A stretch of DNA of 64,000 nucleotides from Escherichia coli (GCF_044324785.1 NZ_CP172127.1), one strand, 5' to 3'. Shown: positions 28,249-43,132, numbered from the stretch's first letter. Translations and numbers: made by a program. The notes: generated from the sequence alone by a model not told the origin.

Positions 28249-29601
28249 TCATAACCGAGAGAAATCATTGAAAAGTGCAAGCCCCATTAACAGCACCAGC
28301 AGAATCGAGCCAATGCGATAACAAAAGTCTTGAACCCGCTCGGATACCGGTCCGCCCTTGATCTTTTCGATCGCAAGGAACAGCAGATGCCCCCCGTCAA
28401 GTACGGGCAACGGAAACAGGTTAATTATCCCTAAGTTCACGCTAATAAGCGCAAGAAACGGCAGGTAATAAACTACCCCGAGTTCCGCTGTCATCCCAGC
28501 CCCCTTGGCGATAGAGATCGGCCCACTGAGGTTGTTCAGTTTCACATCACCGGTGATCAATTTTCCCAGCATACTGACCGTCAGCTTCATCAGCTGCCAC
28601 GTTTTGTCCGTGGCTTCGACGATGGCGTTGAACGGCCCATACTGGCGTACAACTTTATACTCATCTGGCAAAGGAATGACTTTCGGCTCAATACCGACAA
28701 AACCAATCGCTTTACCATTACCCGGTTTACTCTCCGGGATTAATGTCAAAGACAAGGGACTCCCCTGCCTTTCGATTTCTAACGCTAAGGATTTACCCGG
28801 GTTATCCCGGACAAGCATCACAAAGGTCACCCACTGCGTTAAGGGCTGACCATCGACTTTAACGATCCTGTCGCCTGCTTGCAAACCTGCCTTGCTTGCC
28901 GCCGAGTTTGGCTGCACATTTTCCAGTACAGGTTCAATTTGCGGCCCACGAGGACGAATCCCCAGCGAAGTTACCGGATCTTCTTTATCAGGCTCAAACG
29001 CCCAGTGACGTAAATCGAGCTTTACATCCCGCCGTTGGTCGCTGCCAAATGGCGCTACCGTAATGGTGGTGCTTTCATCGCCAATTTTATCGACCAACTG
29101 CAAACGCACGGCATCCCAATCAGGCGTTTCGATACCATCTACGGCTTTTAGTTCCGTACCTGGTGCAATTTGTGCTTCCGCAGCTATCGAATTGGCTGCT
29201 ATTTCGCCAACCACCGGACGTACGCCAGGCACACCAATAATAAAAACCAGCCAGTAGGCAAAGATAGCAAAAATGAAGTTTGCAACCGGACCTGCGGCAA
29301 TAATCGCCGCTCGTTGGCCGACAGATTTATTATTGAAGGCATGGTGGCGGAGTTCCGGAACGACCGGTTCTGCGCGCTCATCCAGCATTTTGACATAACC
29401 GCCCAGCGGGATCAGGGCGATAACATATTCGGTGCCGAGCTTATCAGTTCGCCGCCAGAGCGCCTTACCAAACCCTATAGAGAAACGCTCAACGCGAACA
29501 CCACAACGCCGGGCAACCCAGAAATGACCAAATTCATGCACGGTGATAAGTACACCCAGTGCAACGATGAACGAAGCCAAATCCCAGAGAAAACTCAGCA
29601 T
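28249..29601 (-). CDS. rseP: Regulated intramembrane protease RseP (site-2 protease)
   Basis: 450-aa protein recognised (HEFGH zinc motif, PDZ domains); start at MLSFLWDL inside the longer 465-aa ORF. Confidence 0.93.
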   Translation of the reverse strand: MLSFLWDLASFIVALGVLITVHEFGHFWVARRCGVRVERFSIGFGKALWRRTDKLGTEYVIALIPLGGYVKMLDERAEPVVPELRHHAFNNKSVGQRAAIIAAGPVANFIFAIFAYWLVFIIGVPGVRPVVGEIAANSIAAEAQIAPGTELKAVDGIETPDWDAVRLQLVDKIGDESTTITVAPFGSDQRRDVKLDLRHWAFEPDKEDPVTSLGIRPRGPQIEPVLENVQPNSAASKAGLQAGDRIVKVDGQPLTQWVTFVMLVRDNPGKSLALEIERQGSPLSLTLIPESKPGNGKAIGFVGIEPKVIPLPDEYKVVRQYGPFNAIVEATDKTWQLMKLTVSMLGKLITGDVKLNNLSGPISIAKGAGMTAELGVVYYLPFLALISVNLGIINLFPLPVLDGGHLLFLAIEKIKGGPVSERVQDFCYRIGSILLVLLMGLALFNDFSRL

Positions 29602-29612
29602 ATTACCTTCCG

Positions 29613-30470
29613 TTAAAGCGTCCTGAATACCAGTAACAACAAGCAAGCAAAGACCGGTACCGCAGCCGTCAGACTATCAATACGATCTAAAATACCACCG
29701 TGTCCTGGAATTAAATGACCGCTGTCCTTAATTCCTGCTTCACGCTTAAACATACTCTCGGTCAGATCGCCGAGCACTGAGGCTAACGCTGCGACAATAG
29801 AGCAAATGAGTAAGGTGACGGGAGCGACGTCGAGATTCGCCCACATGCCATAACCCCATGAGATTACCGCTGCAGTCGCGAGTCCACCGATAAAGCCTTG
29901 CCAGGTTTTACCCGGAGAAACCTTCGGTGCCAGTTTATGTTTACCAAACAATTTGCCAAACATATATGCGCCAGAGTCAGCACCCCATACCAGGATCATG
30001 ACATAGAGCAGCCATATTGCGCCACTGTAATGATTCTCGTCGTAGTGCCAGGCCCGTAATGCCAGCATGCCCCAGAAGAAGGGAACAATGGTTAGCACGC
30101 CAAAAATAATGCGCAATGTTTTAGAGTTACGCCAGATTGCTGCGGAACCTGGGTAAAACAGCACCAGCAATAGCGCGACAATCCACCAACCCAGCGAAGC
30201 CCAAAGTGAGATTTCAACCAGCGGTTGATGAATATTTCGGTGATATTCCGGCAACAGAAAAAGCATCAGCGCCAACAATAACCCGCATAACACCGCCAAC
30301 CATACTCGCTGCGAGCGAGTGGTAAAACCGCTAAGCTGTCCCCATTCCCACGCTGCCAGCATGCAGACCACCAGCGTTACAATGGCGAACCCCACCGGCG
30401 GCAACAGAAACAACGCCGCGATGACGACGGGTATTAACACAAAAGCAGATATCAGGCGATACTTCAGCAA
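29613..30470 (-). CDS. cdsA: CDP-diglyceride synthase
   Basis: 285-aa polytopic membrane ORF recognised as CdsA. Confidence 0.95.
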   Translation of the reverse strand: MLKYRLISAFVLIPVVIAALFLLPPVGFAIVTLVVCMLAAWEWGQLSGFTTRSQRVWLAVLCGLLLALMLFLLPEYHRNIHQPLVEISLWASLGWWIVALLLVLFYPGSAAIWRNSKTLRIIFGVLTIVPFFWGMLALRAWHYDENHYSGAIWLLYVMILVWGADSGAYMFGKLFGKHKLAPKVSPGKTWQGFIGGLATAAVISWGYGMWANLDVAPVTLLICSIVAALASVLGDLTESMFKREAGIKDSGHLIPGHGGILDRIDSLTAAVPVFACLLLLVFRTL

Positions 30471-30482
30471 AAGCGACCCCCA

Positions 30483-31244
30483 TCAGGCTGTTTCATCACC
30501 GGGCTCGGTGCCGCCGAAACGACGCTCTCGATTAGCAAAGGCATTTAACGCCCCTTCAAAGTCTTGTTCATCGAAATCGGGCCAGAGAACATCTGTAAAG
30601 TAAAGTTCGGCATAGGCAATTTGCCAAAGCAAAAAGTTACTAATGCGATGCTCTCCCCCAGTCCTAATTACTAAATCTACAGGGGCCAGTTCATGCATAC
30701 AGACATGCTGGTTTAGCATCTCTTCATCTATCTGATCTGGTTGCAGGTTTCCTTGCTGCACCTTTTCAGCCAGTTGCCTGACTCCCTGGACTATATCCCA
30801 ACGTCCACCGTAGTTCGCCGCAATATTCAGCGTCAGACCGGTATTCCCGGCTGTTAGCGCTTCAGATTTACGAATACGTTCTTGCAAACGCGAGTTAAAG
30901 CGACTGGTATCGCCAATAATACGCAGACGCACGTTATGTCGGTGCAGACTCTTTACTTCGCTATCAAGCGCCCACACAAACAGTTCCATTAACGCACTGA
31001 CTTCCTGCGCTGGTCGGTTCCAGTTTTCACTACTAAAGGCATACAGAGTTAACGCCTCAATACCGTTGTTGGCCGCAAAAGAGACAGCCCGGCGGACGGA
31101 TTTTGCCCCGGCTTTATGCCCAAAGGCACGAATCTTCCCTTGCTTTTTTGCCCAGCGACCATTGCCGTCCATAATGATCGCAACATGACGACAGCCATGC
31201 GCTGGCAATTTTTCGCTAAGTGGTTGAGTAGCAGACAACATCAC
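30483..31244 (-). CDS. uppS: Undecaprenyl pyrophosphate synthase
   Basis: 253-aa ORF recognised as UppS/IspU (IIMDGNGRWA motif). Confidence 0.95.
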   Translation of the reverse strand: MMLSATQPLSEKLPAHGCRHVAIIMDGNGRWAKKQGKIRAFGHKAGAKSVRRAVSFAANNGIEALTLYAFSSENWNRPAQEVSALMELFVWALDSEVKSLHRHNVRLRIIGDTSRFNSRLQERIRKSEALTAGNTGLTLNIAANYGGRWDIVQGVRQLAEKVQQGNLQPDQIDEEMLNQHVCMHELAPVDLVIRTGGEHRISNFLLWQIAYAELYFTDVLWPDFDEQDFEGALNAFANRERRFGGTEPGDETA

Positions 31245-31429
31245 GCGTTTCTTATTCCCTGACAGGGTTTACGGTACTCAGGAATACTGAAGCCTATACA
31301 AAAAAAAGCCGTGTAAAACCACGGCATACCTGACCTTATAAAGCCAACTACTTACGATCAGATGGCGCAGACTATATCACTGAAGCCCTACGCTAACAAA
31401 TAGCGCGACTCTCTGTAGCCGGATTATCC

Positions 31430-32626
31430 TCAGCTTGCGAGACGCATCACCTCTTTTCTGGCGACTTCACGCGCGTTCGCATCAACAGATAACACATCGT
31501 CCACACATTGTGGTTCGCGCATATCCATTTTTTCCAGTACGGATAAATTCAACGCGGCGATATCCGTAAAGCGGATTTGTTGCGCAAGAAAAGCAGCAAC
31601 GGTGATTTCGTTTGCGGCATTCAATGCTGTCGTCGCTGCCTGGCCTTGTTCGAACGCCTCCATCGCCAGTTTCAGGCATGGATAACGATCATAATCCGGT
31701 GCGGCAAATGTCAACGCACTTAGTTTGCAAAAATCGAGCGGCTTCACGCCAGAGTTCACGCGATTCGGCCATGCCATGGTGTGGGCAATTGGCGTACGCA
31801 TATCCGGTTCCCCCAGCTGCGCCAGAACACTGCCGTCCTGATAGCGCACCATTGAGTGAATCACTGACTGCGGGTGAATCAGCACTTCCATCTGGCTGGC
31901 GCTGGCGTTAAACAGCCAACGCGCTTCAATGTATTCCAGACCTTTGTTCATCATGGTAGCCGAATCGACAGAAATTTTACGCCCCATCGACCAGTTCGGA
32001 TGACGGCAGGCTTGATCCGGCGTCATTGTTGCCAAATCGCGCAATGGCGTCTCACGGAAAGGGCCACCAGACCCGGTAAGTAAAATGGACACCACGCCAT
32101 TTTGCTCAAGGTCAGCGTATCCCAGATTATGCTGGATAGGTTGCGGTAAACTCTGAAAAATGGCGTTATGTTCGCTATCGACCGGTAACAATTGCGCTTT
32201 GCTCTGCTTTACGGCGTCCATAAACAGACGTCCGCAAGTAACCAGTGATTCTTTATTGGCCAGCAAAATGGTTTTACCCGCGCGGATCGCAGCAAGCGTA
32301 GGTAACAGCCCAGCAGCACCAACAATGGCTGCCATCACCTGATCAACCTCCTCAAGCGCTGCCATATCGCAAGCGGCTTGTTGCCCACTTAAGACTTCGG
32401 TGCAGCTCCCCTGTTGCTGTAGCATCGTTTTAAGAAGTTTCGCACTCGCTTCATCGTCCATTACGGCATAGCGGGGAGAGAATTCCAGGCACTGTTCTAC
32501 CATGCGAGTGACATTTTTGCCTGCCACCAGCGCAACTACGCGGAAGTGTTCGGGATTATGGCGCACCACGTCCAGCGTGCTGCAACCAATCGAGCCGGTC
32601 GAGCCCAGAATGGTGAGTTGCTTCAT
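31430..32626 (-). CDS. dxr: 1-deoxy-D-xylulose 5-phosphate reductoisomerase
   Basis: 398-aa ORF recognised as Dxr/IspC (GSTGSIG NADPH motif). Confidence 0.96.
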
Positions 32627-32639
32627 GAAACATCCAGAG

Positions 32640-32700
32640 TTGAGACAGAATAAAAAGCAAAACGCCGCCAGCCGATCCGCAAGGATCTACTGAGCGGCGT
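32640..32700 (-). terminator. Compound hairpin downstream of frr (possible terminator/attenuator before dxr)
   Basis: AAACGCCGC ... GCGGCGTTTT outer stem with nested GATCCTTGCGGATC palindrome, followed on minus strand by U-rich run. Confidence 0.35.
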
Positions 32701-32717
32701 TTTTGTCGTTCAAGAAA

Positions 32718-33275
32718 TCAGAACTGCATCAGTTCTGCTTCTTTGTCTGCCAGCGCCGCTTCAATTTTCTTGATTGCAGCATCAGTCAGTTTCTGTACAT
32801 CGTCCTGAGAACGGCGATCGTCGTCTTCGCTGATCTCTTTATCTTTCAACAGTGCTTTCACTTTGTCGTTCGCGTCACGACGCACGTTACGTACTGCAAC
32901 ACGCGCTTGTTCTGCTTCACCACGAACGATTTTGGTCAGATCTTTACGACGTTCTTCCGTCAGCGGCGGCAGCGGAACACGGATGTCGCTACCCGCAGAG
33001 TTCGGGTTCAGGCCAAGATCGGACGCCATAATCGCTTTTTCAACGGCCGGAGACATTGAACGATCAAACACGTTGATTTTCAGAGTACGGGAATCTTCTA
33101 CCGTTACGCTTGCCAGCTGACGCAGCGGCGTCGGCGTGCCGTAATATTCCACGACAATGCCATCCAGCAGGCTGGGAGAAGCACGACCCGTGCGTATTTT
33201 GCTGATTTGGGTTTTGAACGCTTCTACGCATTTGTCCATGCGTACTTCAGCATCTTTTCTGATATCGCTAATCAC
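32718..33275 (-). CDS. frr: Ribosome recycling factor
   Basis: 185-aa ORF recognised as Frr. Confidence 0.96.
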
Positions 33276-33566
33276 GTTACGAATCCTTGAAAACTTGTCT
33301 CAGTCAGACCAGACAGTCACACACAGTGGAAGTGTGCTAAGTATAGCCCTGATTAAACATATTACGGGTAATCGTCTGGATTATTAGGCTATTTTATTTG
33401 CCATTTTGGCCCTGGGCAGTGCTCGCCATCCTCACGCACTTGTGTACGCTCCGGTTGCTGCGCGCTGGCCGTGACCAAACTGCCTGCAACAATAACGCCT
33501 TATAACCAGACTTACGCCCCCGCGATACTTACGCGGAATCTTACCCTTATTTATCCATCACGGGAA

Positions 33567-34292
33567 TTATTCCGTGATTAAAGTCCCTTCTTTTTCACCC
33601 ATTACCACACGGCGCAGCGCACCCGGTTTGTTCATGTTGAAAACACGAATCGGTAATTTATGGTCACGAGCCAGCGTGAAGGCCGCCAGGTCCATGACTT
33701 TCAGCTCTTTTTCGAGCACTTCGCTGTAAGTCAGTTGCTCGTACATGGTTGCGGTTGGATCTTTCGCCGGATCAGCGGTAAACACGCCGTCAACTTTGGT
33801 TGCTTTCAGCACCACATCGGCTTCAATTTCGATACCACGCAGGCAAGCTGCTGAGTCGGTGGTAAAGAACGGGTTACCTGTACCGGCGGAGAGGATCACC
33901 ACACGGTTGTTGCGCAACAGGCTGATAGCTTCTGCCCAGCTGTAGCTGTCGCACACGCCATTCAATGGAATAGCGGACATCAGACGAGCGTTCACATAGG
34001 CGCGGTGCAGTGCATCACGCATTGCCAGGCCGTTCATTACGGTCGCCAGCATCCCCATGTGGTCGCCCACAACGCGGTTCATACCCGCTTTCGCCAGACC
34101 AGCGCCACGGAACAGGTTACCCCCACCAATCACCACACCAACCTGAATACCCAGTTCAACCAGTTCTTTGATTTCCTGAGCCATGCGATCCAGTATGCTT
34201 GCATCAATACCGAAGCCTTCAGTGCCCTGCAGAGCTTCGCCACTCAACTTAAGCAGAATGCGTTTATAGACGGGTTTTGCATTGGTAGCCAT
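33567..34292 (-). CDS. pyrH: UMP kinase
   Basis: 241-aa ORF recognised as PyrH. Confidence 0.96.
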   Translation of the reverse strand: MATNAKPVYKRILLKLSGEALQGTEGFGIDASILDRMAQEIKELVELGIQVGVVIGGGNLFRGAGLAKAGMNRVVGDHMGMLATVMNGLAMRDALHRAYVNARLMSAIPLNGVCDSYSWAEAISLLRNNRVVILSAGTGNPFFTTDSAACLRGIEIEADVVLKATKVDGVFTADPAKDPTATMYEQLTYSEVLEKELKVMDLAAFTLARDHKLPIRVFNMNKPGALRRVVMGEKEGTLITE

Positions 34293-34396
34293 GTTTCTTT
34301 CCTGAGACTGTCAACGATTGAAATGAATTAATACTAGCGACATTGTACGTCGCTTTTCAGCGCAGCCCCACAAGGGTTAGCTGAATTTACAAGATG

Positions 34397-34428
34397 GGCA
34401 CAAAAAGAAGCCGCCCTCAGGCGGCTCC
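34397..34428 (-). terminator. Rho-independent terminator after tsf
   Basis: Minus strand reads GGAGCCGCCTGAGGGCGGCTTC hairpin followed by TTTTTGTG. Confidence 0.7.
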
Positions 34429-34438
34429 TTTTCGATAA

Positions 34439-35290
34439 TTAAGACTGCTTGGACATCGCAGCAACTTCTGCTGCAAAGTCAGTCTCAACTTTCTCGATGC
34501 CTTCACCCACTTCGAAGCGGATGAAGCCAGTCACTTCAGCGTTATGCTCTTTCAGCAGCTGACCAACAGTTTTGCTTGGTTCCATAACGAACGGCTGACC
34601 GGTCAGAGAAACTTCGCCGGTGAATTTCTTCATGCGGCCTTCAACCATTTTCTCTGCGATTTCTTTCGGCTTACCAGACTGCATCGCGATATCCAGCTGT
34701 ACCTGGTATTCTTTTTCTACCACTTCAGCGGATACGTCTTCCGGTTTGATGAATTCTGGCTTGCTTGCAGCAACGTGCATAGCGATGTGTTTAACCAGCT
34801 CTTCGTCAGCGCCTTTAGCAGCAACCAGAACGCCGATACGCGCACCGTGCTGATAAGAACCCAGAACGTCGCCTTCCAGCGCAGCAACGCGGCGAATGTT
34901 GATGTTTTCACCAATTTTCGCTACCAGCGCAACACGTTCTTCTTCGAACTGTGCTTTCAGAACTTCAACGTCAGTGATTTTGCCAGCAACAGCTGCGTCC
35001 AGAACTTTGTCTGCGAACGCCTGGAAACCAGCGTCTTTTGCAACGAAGTCAGTCTGGCAGTTAACTTCCAGAATGATGCCGTAGTTGCCGTCGATTTTGG
35101 TTTTGATCACGCCGTCAGCAGCAACGTTGCCTGCTTTTTTCGCTGCTTTAATAGCACCGGACTTACGCATGTTTTCGATTGCCAGCTCGATGTCGCCGTT
35201 AGCTTCAGTCAGTGCTTTTTTGCAATCCATCATGCCTGCGCCAGTACGCTCACGCAGCTCTTTTACCAGGGATGCGGTAATTTCAGCCAT
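34439..35290 (-). CDS. tsf: Elongation factor Ts
   Basis: 283-aa ORF recognised as EF-Ts. Confidence 0.97.
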
Positions 35291-35334
35291 TCTAAAATCC
35301 TCGGAGATGTGATCTGCCCGGCATTAAACCGCAC

Positions 35335-35372
35335 AGATATAAAAGTGAAAAAGGGGGCCATATGCAGGCCCC
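35335..35372 (-). terminator. Hairpin/attenuator between rpsB and tsf
   Basis: GGGGGCCTGCATATGGCCCCC stem-loop followed by TTTTTCACTTTTAT on minus strand. Confidence 0.6.
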
Positions 35373-35547
35373 CTAACCAAACGTGTACTACCTGGTCTAT
35401 AAGGGCTCTCCCCCTTCATATTTCGCGCCGCAGATGCGTTATCTTCGCTCGCTCATCCCGGTCACTTACTGATGTAAGCTCCCGGGAATTCTCGAGCTTG
35501 CCGCCTTTCTGCAACTCGAACTATTTTGGGGGAGTTATCAAGCCTTA

Positions 35548-36495
<948 letters not shown>

Positions 36496-36640
36496 TCAGA
36501 CGTTGAATTTTCTATTATAGAAAACCTTCAGTGGCACGTTTGGCGAAATTCAGAATGATTCTCAATTTGCCCGGGTGTGATACCATTGACGGCACTTACA
36601 TATATATTGTCGGTATCACCGACGCTGATGGACAGAATTA

Positions 36641-37435
36641 ATGGCTATCTCAATCAAGACCCCAGAAGATATCGAAAAAATGCGCGTCGCTGGCCGACTG
36701 GCTGCCGAAGTGCTGGAGATGATCGAACCGTATGTTAAACCGGGCGTCAGCACCGGCGAGCTGGATCGCATCTGTAATGATTACATTGTTAATGAACAAC
36801 ACGCGGTTTCTGCCTGCCTCGGCTATCACGGTTATCCGAAATCCGTCTGCATCTCTATTAATGAAGTGGTGTGCCACGGTATCCCGGACGACGCCAAGCT
36901 GCTGAAAGATGGCGATATCGTTAACATTGATGTCACCGTAATCAAAGATGGTTTCCACGGCGATACCTCGAAAATGTTTATCGTCGGTAAGCCGACCATC
37001 ATGGGCGAACGTCTGTGCCGCATCACGCAAGAAAGCCTGTACCTGGCGCTGCGCATGGTCAAACCTGGCATTAATCTGCGCGAAATCGGTGCGGCGATTC
37101 AGAAATTTGTTGAAGCAGAAGGTTTCTCCGTCGTTCGTGAATATTGTGGACACGGTATTGGTCGTGGCTTCCATGAAGAACCGCAGGTACTGCACTATGA
37201 CTCCCCTGAAACCAACGTCGTGCTGAAACCGGGGATGACCTTCACCATCGAGCCAATGGTCAACGCGGGTAAAAAAGAGATCCGCACCATGAAAGATGGC
37301 TGGACGGTAAAAACCAAAGATCGCAGCTTGTCTGCACAATATGAGCATACTATTGTGGTGACTGATAACGGCTGCGAAATTCTGACGCTACGCAAGGATG
37401 ACACCATCCCGGCGATAATCTCGCACGACGAATAA
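36641..37435 (+). CDS. map: Methionine aminopeptidase
   Basis: 264-aa ORF recognised as Map. Confidence 0.97.
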   Translation: MAISIKTPEDIEKMRVAGRLAAEVLEMIEPYVKPGVSTGELDRICNDYIVNEQHAVSACLGYHGYPKSVCISINEVVCHGIPDDAKLLKDGDIVNIDVTVIKDGFHGDTSKMFIVGKPTIMGERLCRITQESLYLALRMVKPGINLREIGAAIQKFVEAEGFSVVREYCGHGIGRGFHEEPQVLHYDSPETNVVLKPGMTFTIEPMVNAGKKEIRTMKDGWTVKTKDRSLSAQYEHTIVVTDNGCEILTLRKDDTIPAIISHDE

Positions 37436-37437
37436 GA

Positions 37438-37466
37438 TGAAGCCGGCGAATGCCGGCTTTTTTAAT
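37438..37466 (+). terminator. Rho-independent terminator after map
   Basis: AGCCGGCGAATGCCGGCT hairpin followed by TTTTTTAAT. Confidence 0.75.
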
Positions 37467-37478
37467 GCGATAATTTAA

Positions 37479-40169
<2,691 letters not shown>

Positions 40170-40199
40170 TGTGTTTACTGATATGAAAAGAGTTTAACA

Positions 40200-41024
40200 A
40201 TGCAGCAGTTACAGAACATTATTGAAACCGCTTTTGAACGCCGTGCCGAGATCACGCCAGCCAATGCAGACACCGTTACCCGCGAAGCGGTAAATCAGGT
40301 GATCGCCCTGCTGGATTCCGGCGCACTGCGTGTGGCGGAAAAAATTGACGGTCAGTGGGTGACGCATCAGTGGTTGAAAAAGGCGGTGCTGCTCTCTTTC
40401 CGTATTAATGATAATCAGGTGATCGAAGGGGCAGAAAGCCGCTACTTCGATAAAGTGCCGATGAAATTCGCCAACTACGATGAAGCGCGTTTCCAGAAAG
40501 AAGGCTTCCGCGTTGTACCACCAGCGGCGGTACGTCAGGGTGCGTTCATTGCCCGTAACACCGTGCTGATGCCGTCTTACGTCAACATCGGCGCATATGT
40601 TGATGAAGGCACCATGGTTGATACCTGGGCGACCGTCGGTTCCTGTGCGCAGATTGGTAAAAACGTCCATCTTTCCGGTGGCGTAGGTATCGGCGGCGTG
40701 CTGGAGCCATTACAGGCGAACCCGACCATTATTGAAGATAACTGCTTCATTGGCGCGCGTTCTGAAGTGGTTGAAGGCGTAATTGTCGAAGAAGGTTCCG
40801 TCATTTCCATGGGCGTATACATCGGTCAGAGCACCCGTATTTACGACCGTGAAACCGGCGAAATCCACTACGGTCGCGTTCCGGCGGGGTCTGTGGTTGT
40901 TTCAGGTAATCTGCCGTCGAAAGATGGCAAATACAGTCTTTACTGTGCGGTTATCGTTAAGAAAGTTGACGCGAAAACTCGCGGCAAAGTCGGCATTAAC
41001 GAACTGCTGCGTACCATCGACTAA
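40200..41024 (+). CDS. dapD: Tetrahydrodipicolinate N-succinyltransferase
   Basis: 274-aa ORF recognised as DapD. Confidence 0.96.
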
Positions 41025-41076
41025 AAATCAGTACACGGGCAGCATGACGCTGCCCGATTTTTTGCAGGGATGGATG

Positions 41077-41889
41077 ATGATCACACGCAGGCGTTTTTTA
41101 CAGGCAGCCGCCGCGACGTTAGCTGCCGGATCAAGCCTCAGCTATATGCATTATTGGGAACCTGGCTGGCTTGAAATAACCCATCACAGCATCAGCTTTT
41201 TTAAAGACAAAGCCCTACCTTTTAAAATTCTTTTTCTGGCAGATCTCCATTACTCCCGCTTTGTTCCGCTTACCTTGTTTTCAGACGCCATTAATCATGG
41301 AGTGGCACAAAAGCCCGATTTGATTCTGCTAGGCGGCGATTACGTATTGTTTGATATGCCGCTGAATTTTTCAGCCTTCAGTGACGTACTCTCTCCCCTT
41401 GCCAAATGTGCGCCGACATTTGCCTGTTACGGCAACCACGATCGCCCCGTGAGAACGGAGAAAAATCACTTAATTGGCGAGGCGTTAAAGACGGCGGGGA
41501 TCACGGTGTTATTTAACGAAGCCACGCTTATCTCCACTCAGAAGCAGCAATTTGAACTGGTTGGCGCAGGTGATTTATGGGCCGGGCAATGTAATCCACC
41601 CGGCGTAAATGACGCGAGTCTGCCACGGCTGATGCTGGCGCATAATCCCGACAGTAAAGAACGCCTGCGCGAAGAAAAATGGGATCTAATGCTTTGCGGT
41701 CATACTCACGGCGGGCAGCTCCACGTGCCGTTAATAGGCGAACCTTTTGCGCCTGTTGCCGATAAACGCTACGTCGCCGGGTTAAATGCCTTTGGCGAGC
41801 GGCAAATTTACACCACCCGCGGCGTGGGAAATTTGCATGGCTTGCGTCTGAACTGCCGCCCGGAAGTGACGATGCTGGAACTGATTTAA
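41077..41889 (+). CDS. yaeI: Tat-signal metallophosphoesterase YaeI
   Basis: 270-aa protein with twin-arginine signal (TRRRFLQAAAATLAAG) and calcineurin-like GDY/GNHD motifs; start trimmed from the 368-aa ORF that runs back into dapD. Confidence 0.88.
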   Translation: MITRRRFLQAAAATLAAGSSLSYMHYWEPGWLEITHHSISFFKDKALPFKILFLADLHYSRFVPLTLFSDAINHGVAQKPDLILLGGDYVLFDMPLNFSAFSDVLSPLAKCAPTFACYGNHDRPVRTEKNHLIGEALKTAGITVLFNEATLISTQKQQFELVGAGDLWAGQCNPPGVNDASLPRLMLAHNPDSKERLREEKWDLMLCGHTHGGQLHVPLIGEPFAPVADKRYVAGLNAFGERQIYTTRGVGNLHGLRLNCRPEVTMLELI

Positions 41890-41903
41890 CTGGAGATTCA
41901 ATA

Positions 41904-42614
41904 ATGGATTATTTTCTCGGCGGCTATATGTTGCTACATTGCCTGCCCGTTGAGGGGCTTCATCCGCAACTTAAAGGTAAACCACTGCTAACGTGCAGTA
42001 CCTGTTTTAATGAAAGTCTGCTTTGTGCCTGGTCTTACGCGTGGTTAGGTTCCGATAAAGACTCTCCTTATGATGGCAATATGTCACTTTACGAACATCT
42101 GGAAGCCACTTTTTTGCTTACAGACGAAGACAGGGAACAGATCCGCATCCGGGCAAATGATTGGTTCAATGAGGATAAAGTTGGCTGGGAAAGTATATTC
42201 ATGGATAAATCGACCGCTATTGAATATAAACAAAGTTTCTTTCCCCATATCGAGAATTGCTACCTTCTTGCAATCTATATCAGAGAACCGAATGTACAAG
42301 AGTTCTCCCTTTATCCATCCCATGATGGTATTGCTGCAAGGCTTCTTCGCAGGCAGCCTGAACGAAATGAAATGGATGAAAAGTTATTAGGTTACGATAT
42401 TCTGGGTCTGGAAATCGGCGGGCAGTTCCATACATCTCACTGCCATCCATTGTATAACGAACTCCACCAGCGCTTCGGTCTCACCCTCAATCAACACGGA
42501 CTTTATAACGAAATCCCGGACTGGCAACCGGTCGTGGACTATATGAACGACGACGCCACGGGATGCGAACCCGTCCCCTGGGGTATCGCCACAATAAAGC
42601 AGGTAATTTTTTGA
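41904..42614 (+). CDS. Hypothetical protein, unrecognised family (accessory ORF between yaeI and yaeH)
   Basis: 711-nt ORF filling an otherwise intergenic gap; GGAG Shine-Dalgarno 8 nt upstream of ATG; starts 14 nt after yaeI stop, same strand; AT-richer than neighbours; no signal peptide or TM segment evident; 7 Cys incl. CSTC and HTSHCH motifs. Confidence 0.72.
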   Translation: MDYFLGGYMLLHCLPVEGLHPQLKGKPLLTCSTCFNESLLCAWSYAWLGSDKDSPYDGNMSLYEHLEATFLLTDEDREQIRIRANDWFNEDKVGWESIFMDKSTAIEYKQSFFPHIENCYLLAIYIREPNVQEFSLYPSHDGIAARLLRRQPERNEMDEKLLGYDILGLEIGGQFHTSHCHPLYNELHQRFGLTLNQHGLYNEIPDWQPVVDYMNDDATGCEPVPWGIATIKQVIF

Positions 42615-42733
42615 TTTTTACGCCATGATAGAAGTCTGGAAGAAAAAGGCTTTCTGCGATCACAGTCGAGCCGAGCGGGCCAGGCCAAATGCTAAAATAA
42701 GCACAATTTACTGACTCATTTTGAGGTAACGCT

Positions 42734-43120
42734 ATGTACGACAATCTGAAAAGTCTGGGTATTACCAATCCTGAAGAAATTGATCGTTACAGCCTCCGGC
42801 AGGAAGCCAACAACGATATTCTGAAAATCTATTTCCAGAAAGACAAAGGCGAGTTTTTTGCCAAGAGCGTGAAATTTAAATATCCGCGTCAGCGTAAAAC
42901 GGTCGTCGCCGATGGTGTGGGTCAGGGTTATAAAGAAGTGCAGGAGATTAGCCCTAATCTTCGCTATATCATTGATGAGTTAGATCAAATCTGCCAGCGT
43001 GACCGCAGCGAAGTTGATCTTAAGCGTAAGATCCTCGACGACTTACGTCACCTGGAGTCAGTAGTAACCAATAAGATCAGCGAGATTGAAGCCGATCTGG
43101 AAAAACTGACGCGTAAATAA
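42734..43120 (+). CDS. yaeH: UPF0325 protein YaeH
   Basis: 128-aa ORF recognised as YaeH; GAGG SD upstream. Confidence 0.92.
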   Translation: MYDNLKSLGITNPEEIDRYSLRQEANNDILKIYFQKDKGEFFAKSVKFKYPRQRKTVVADGVGQGYKEVQEISPNLRYIIDELDQICQRDRSEVDLKRKILDDLRHLESVVTNKISEIEADLEKLTRK

Positions 43121-43132
43121 TGCCATTCTGTG

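Noticed and set aside
40783-41889. 368-aa extended reading frame for yaeI
   Set aside because: The upstream part overlaps the 3' end of dapD in another frame; the Tat-signal Met at 41077 gives the recognised 270-aa YaeI
41890-42733. Possibility that the yaeI-yaeH accessory segment is a mobile element or toxin-antitoxin cassette
   Set aside because: No terminal inverted repeats, direct-repeat target duplication, transposase or integrase, or second small partner ORF are visible; it looks like a single-gene indel
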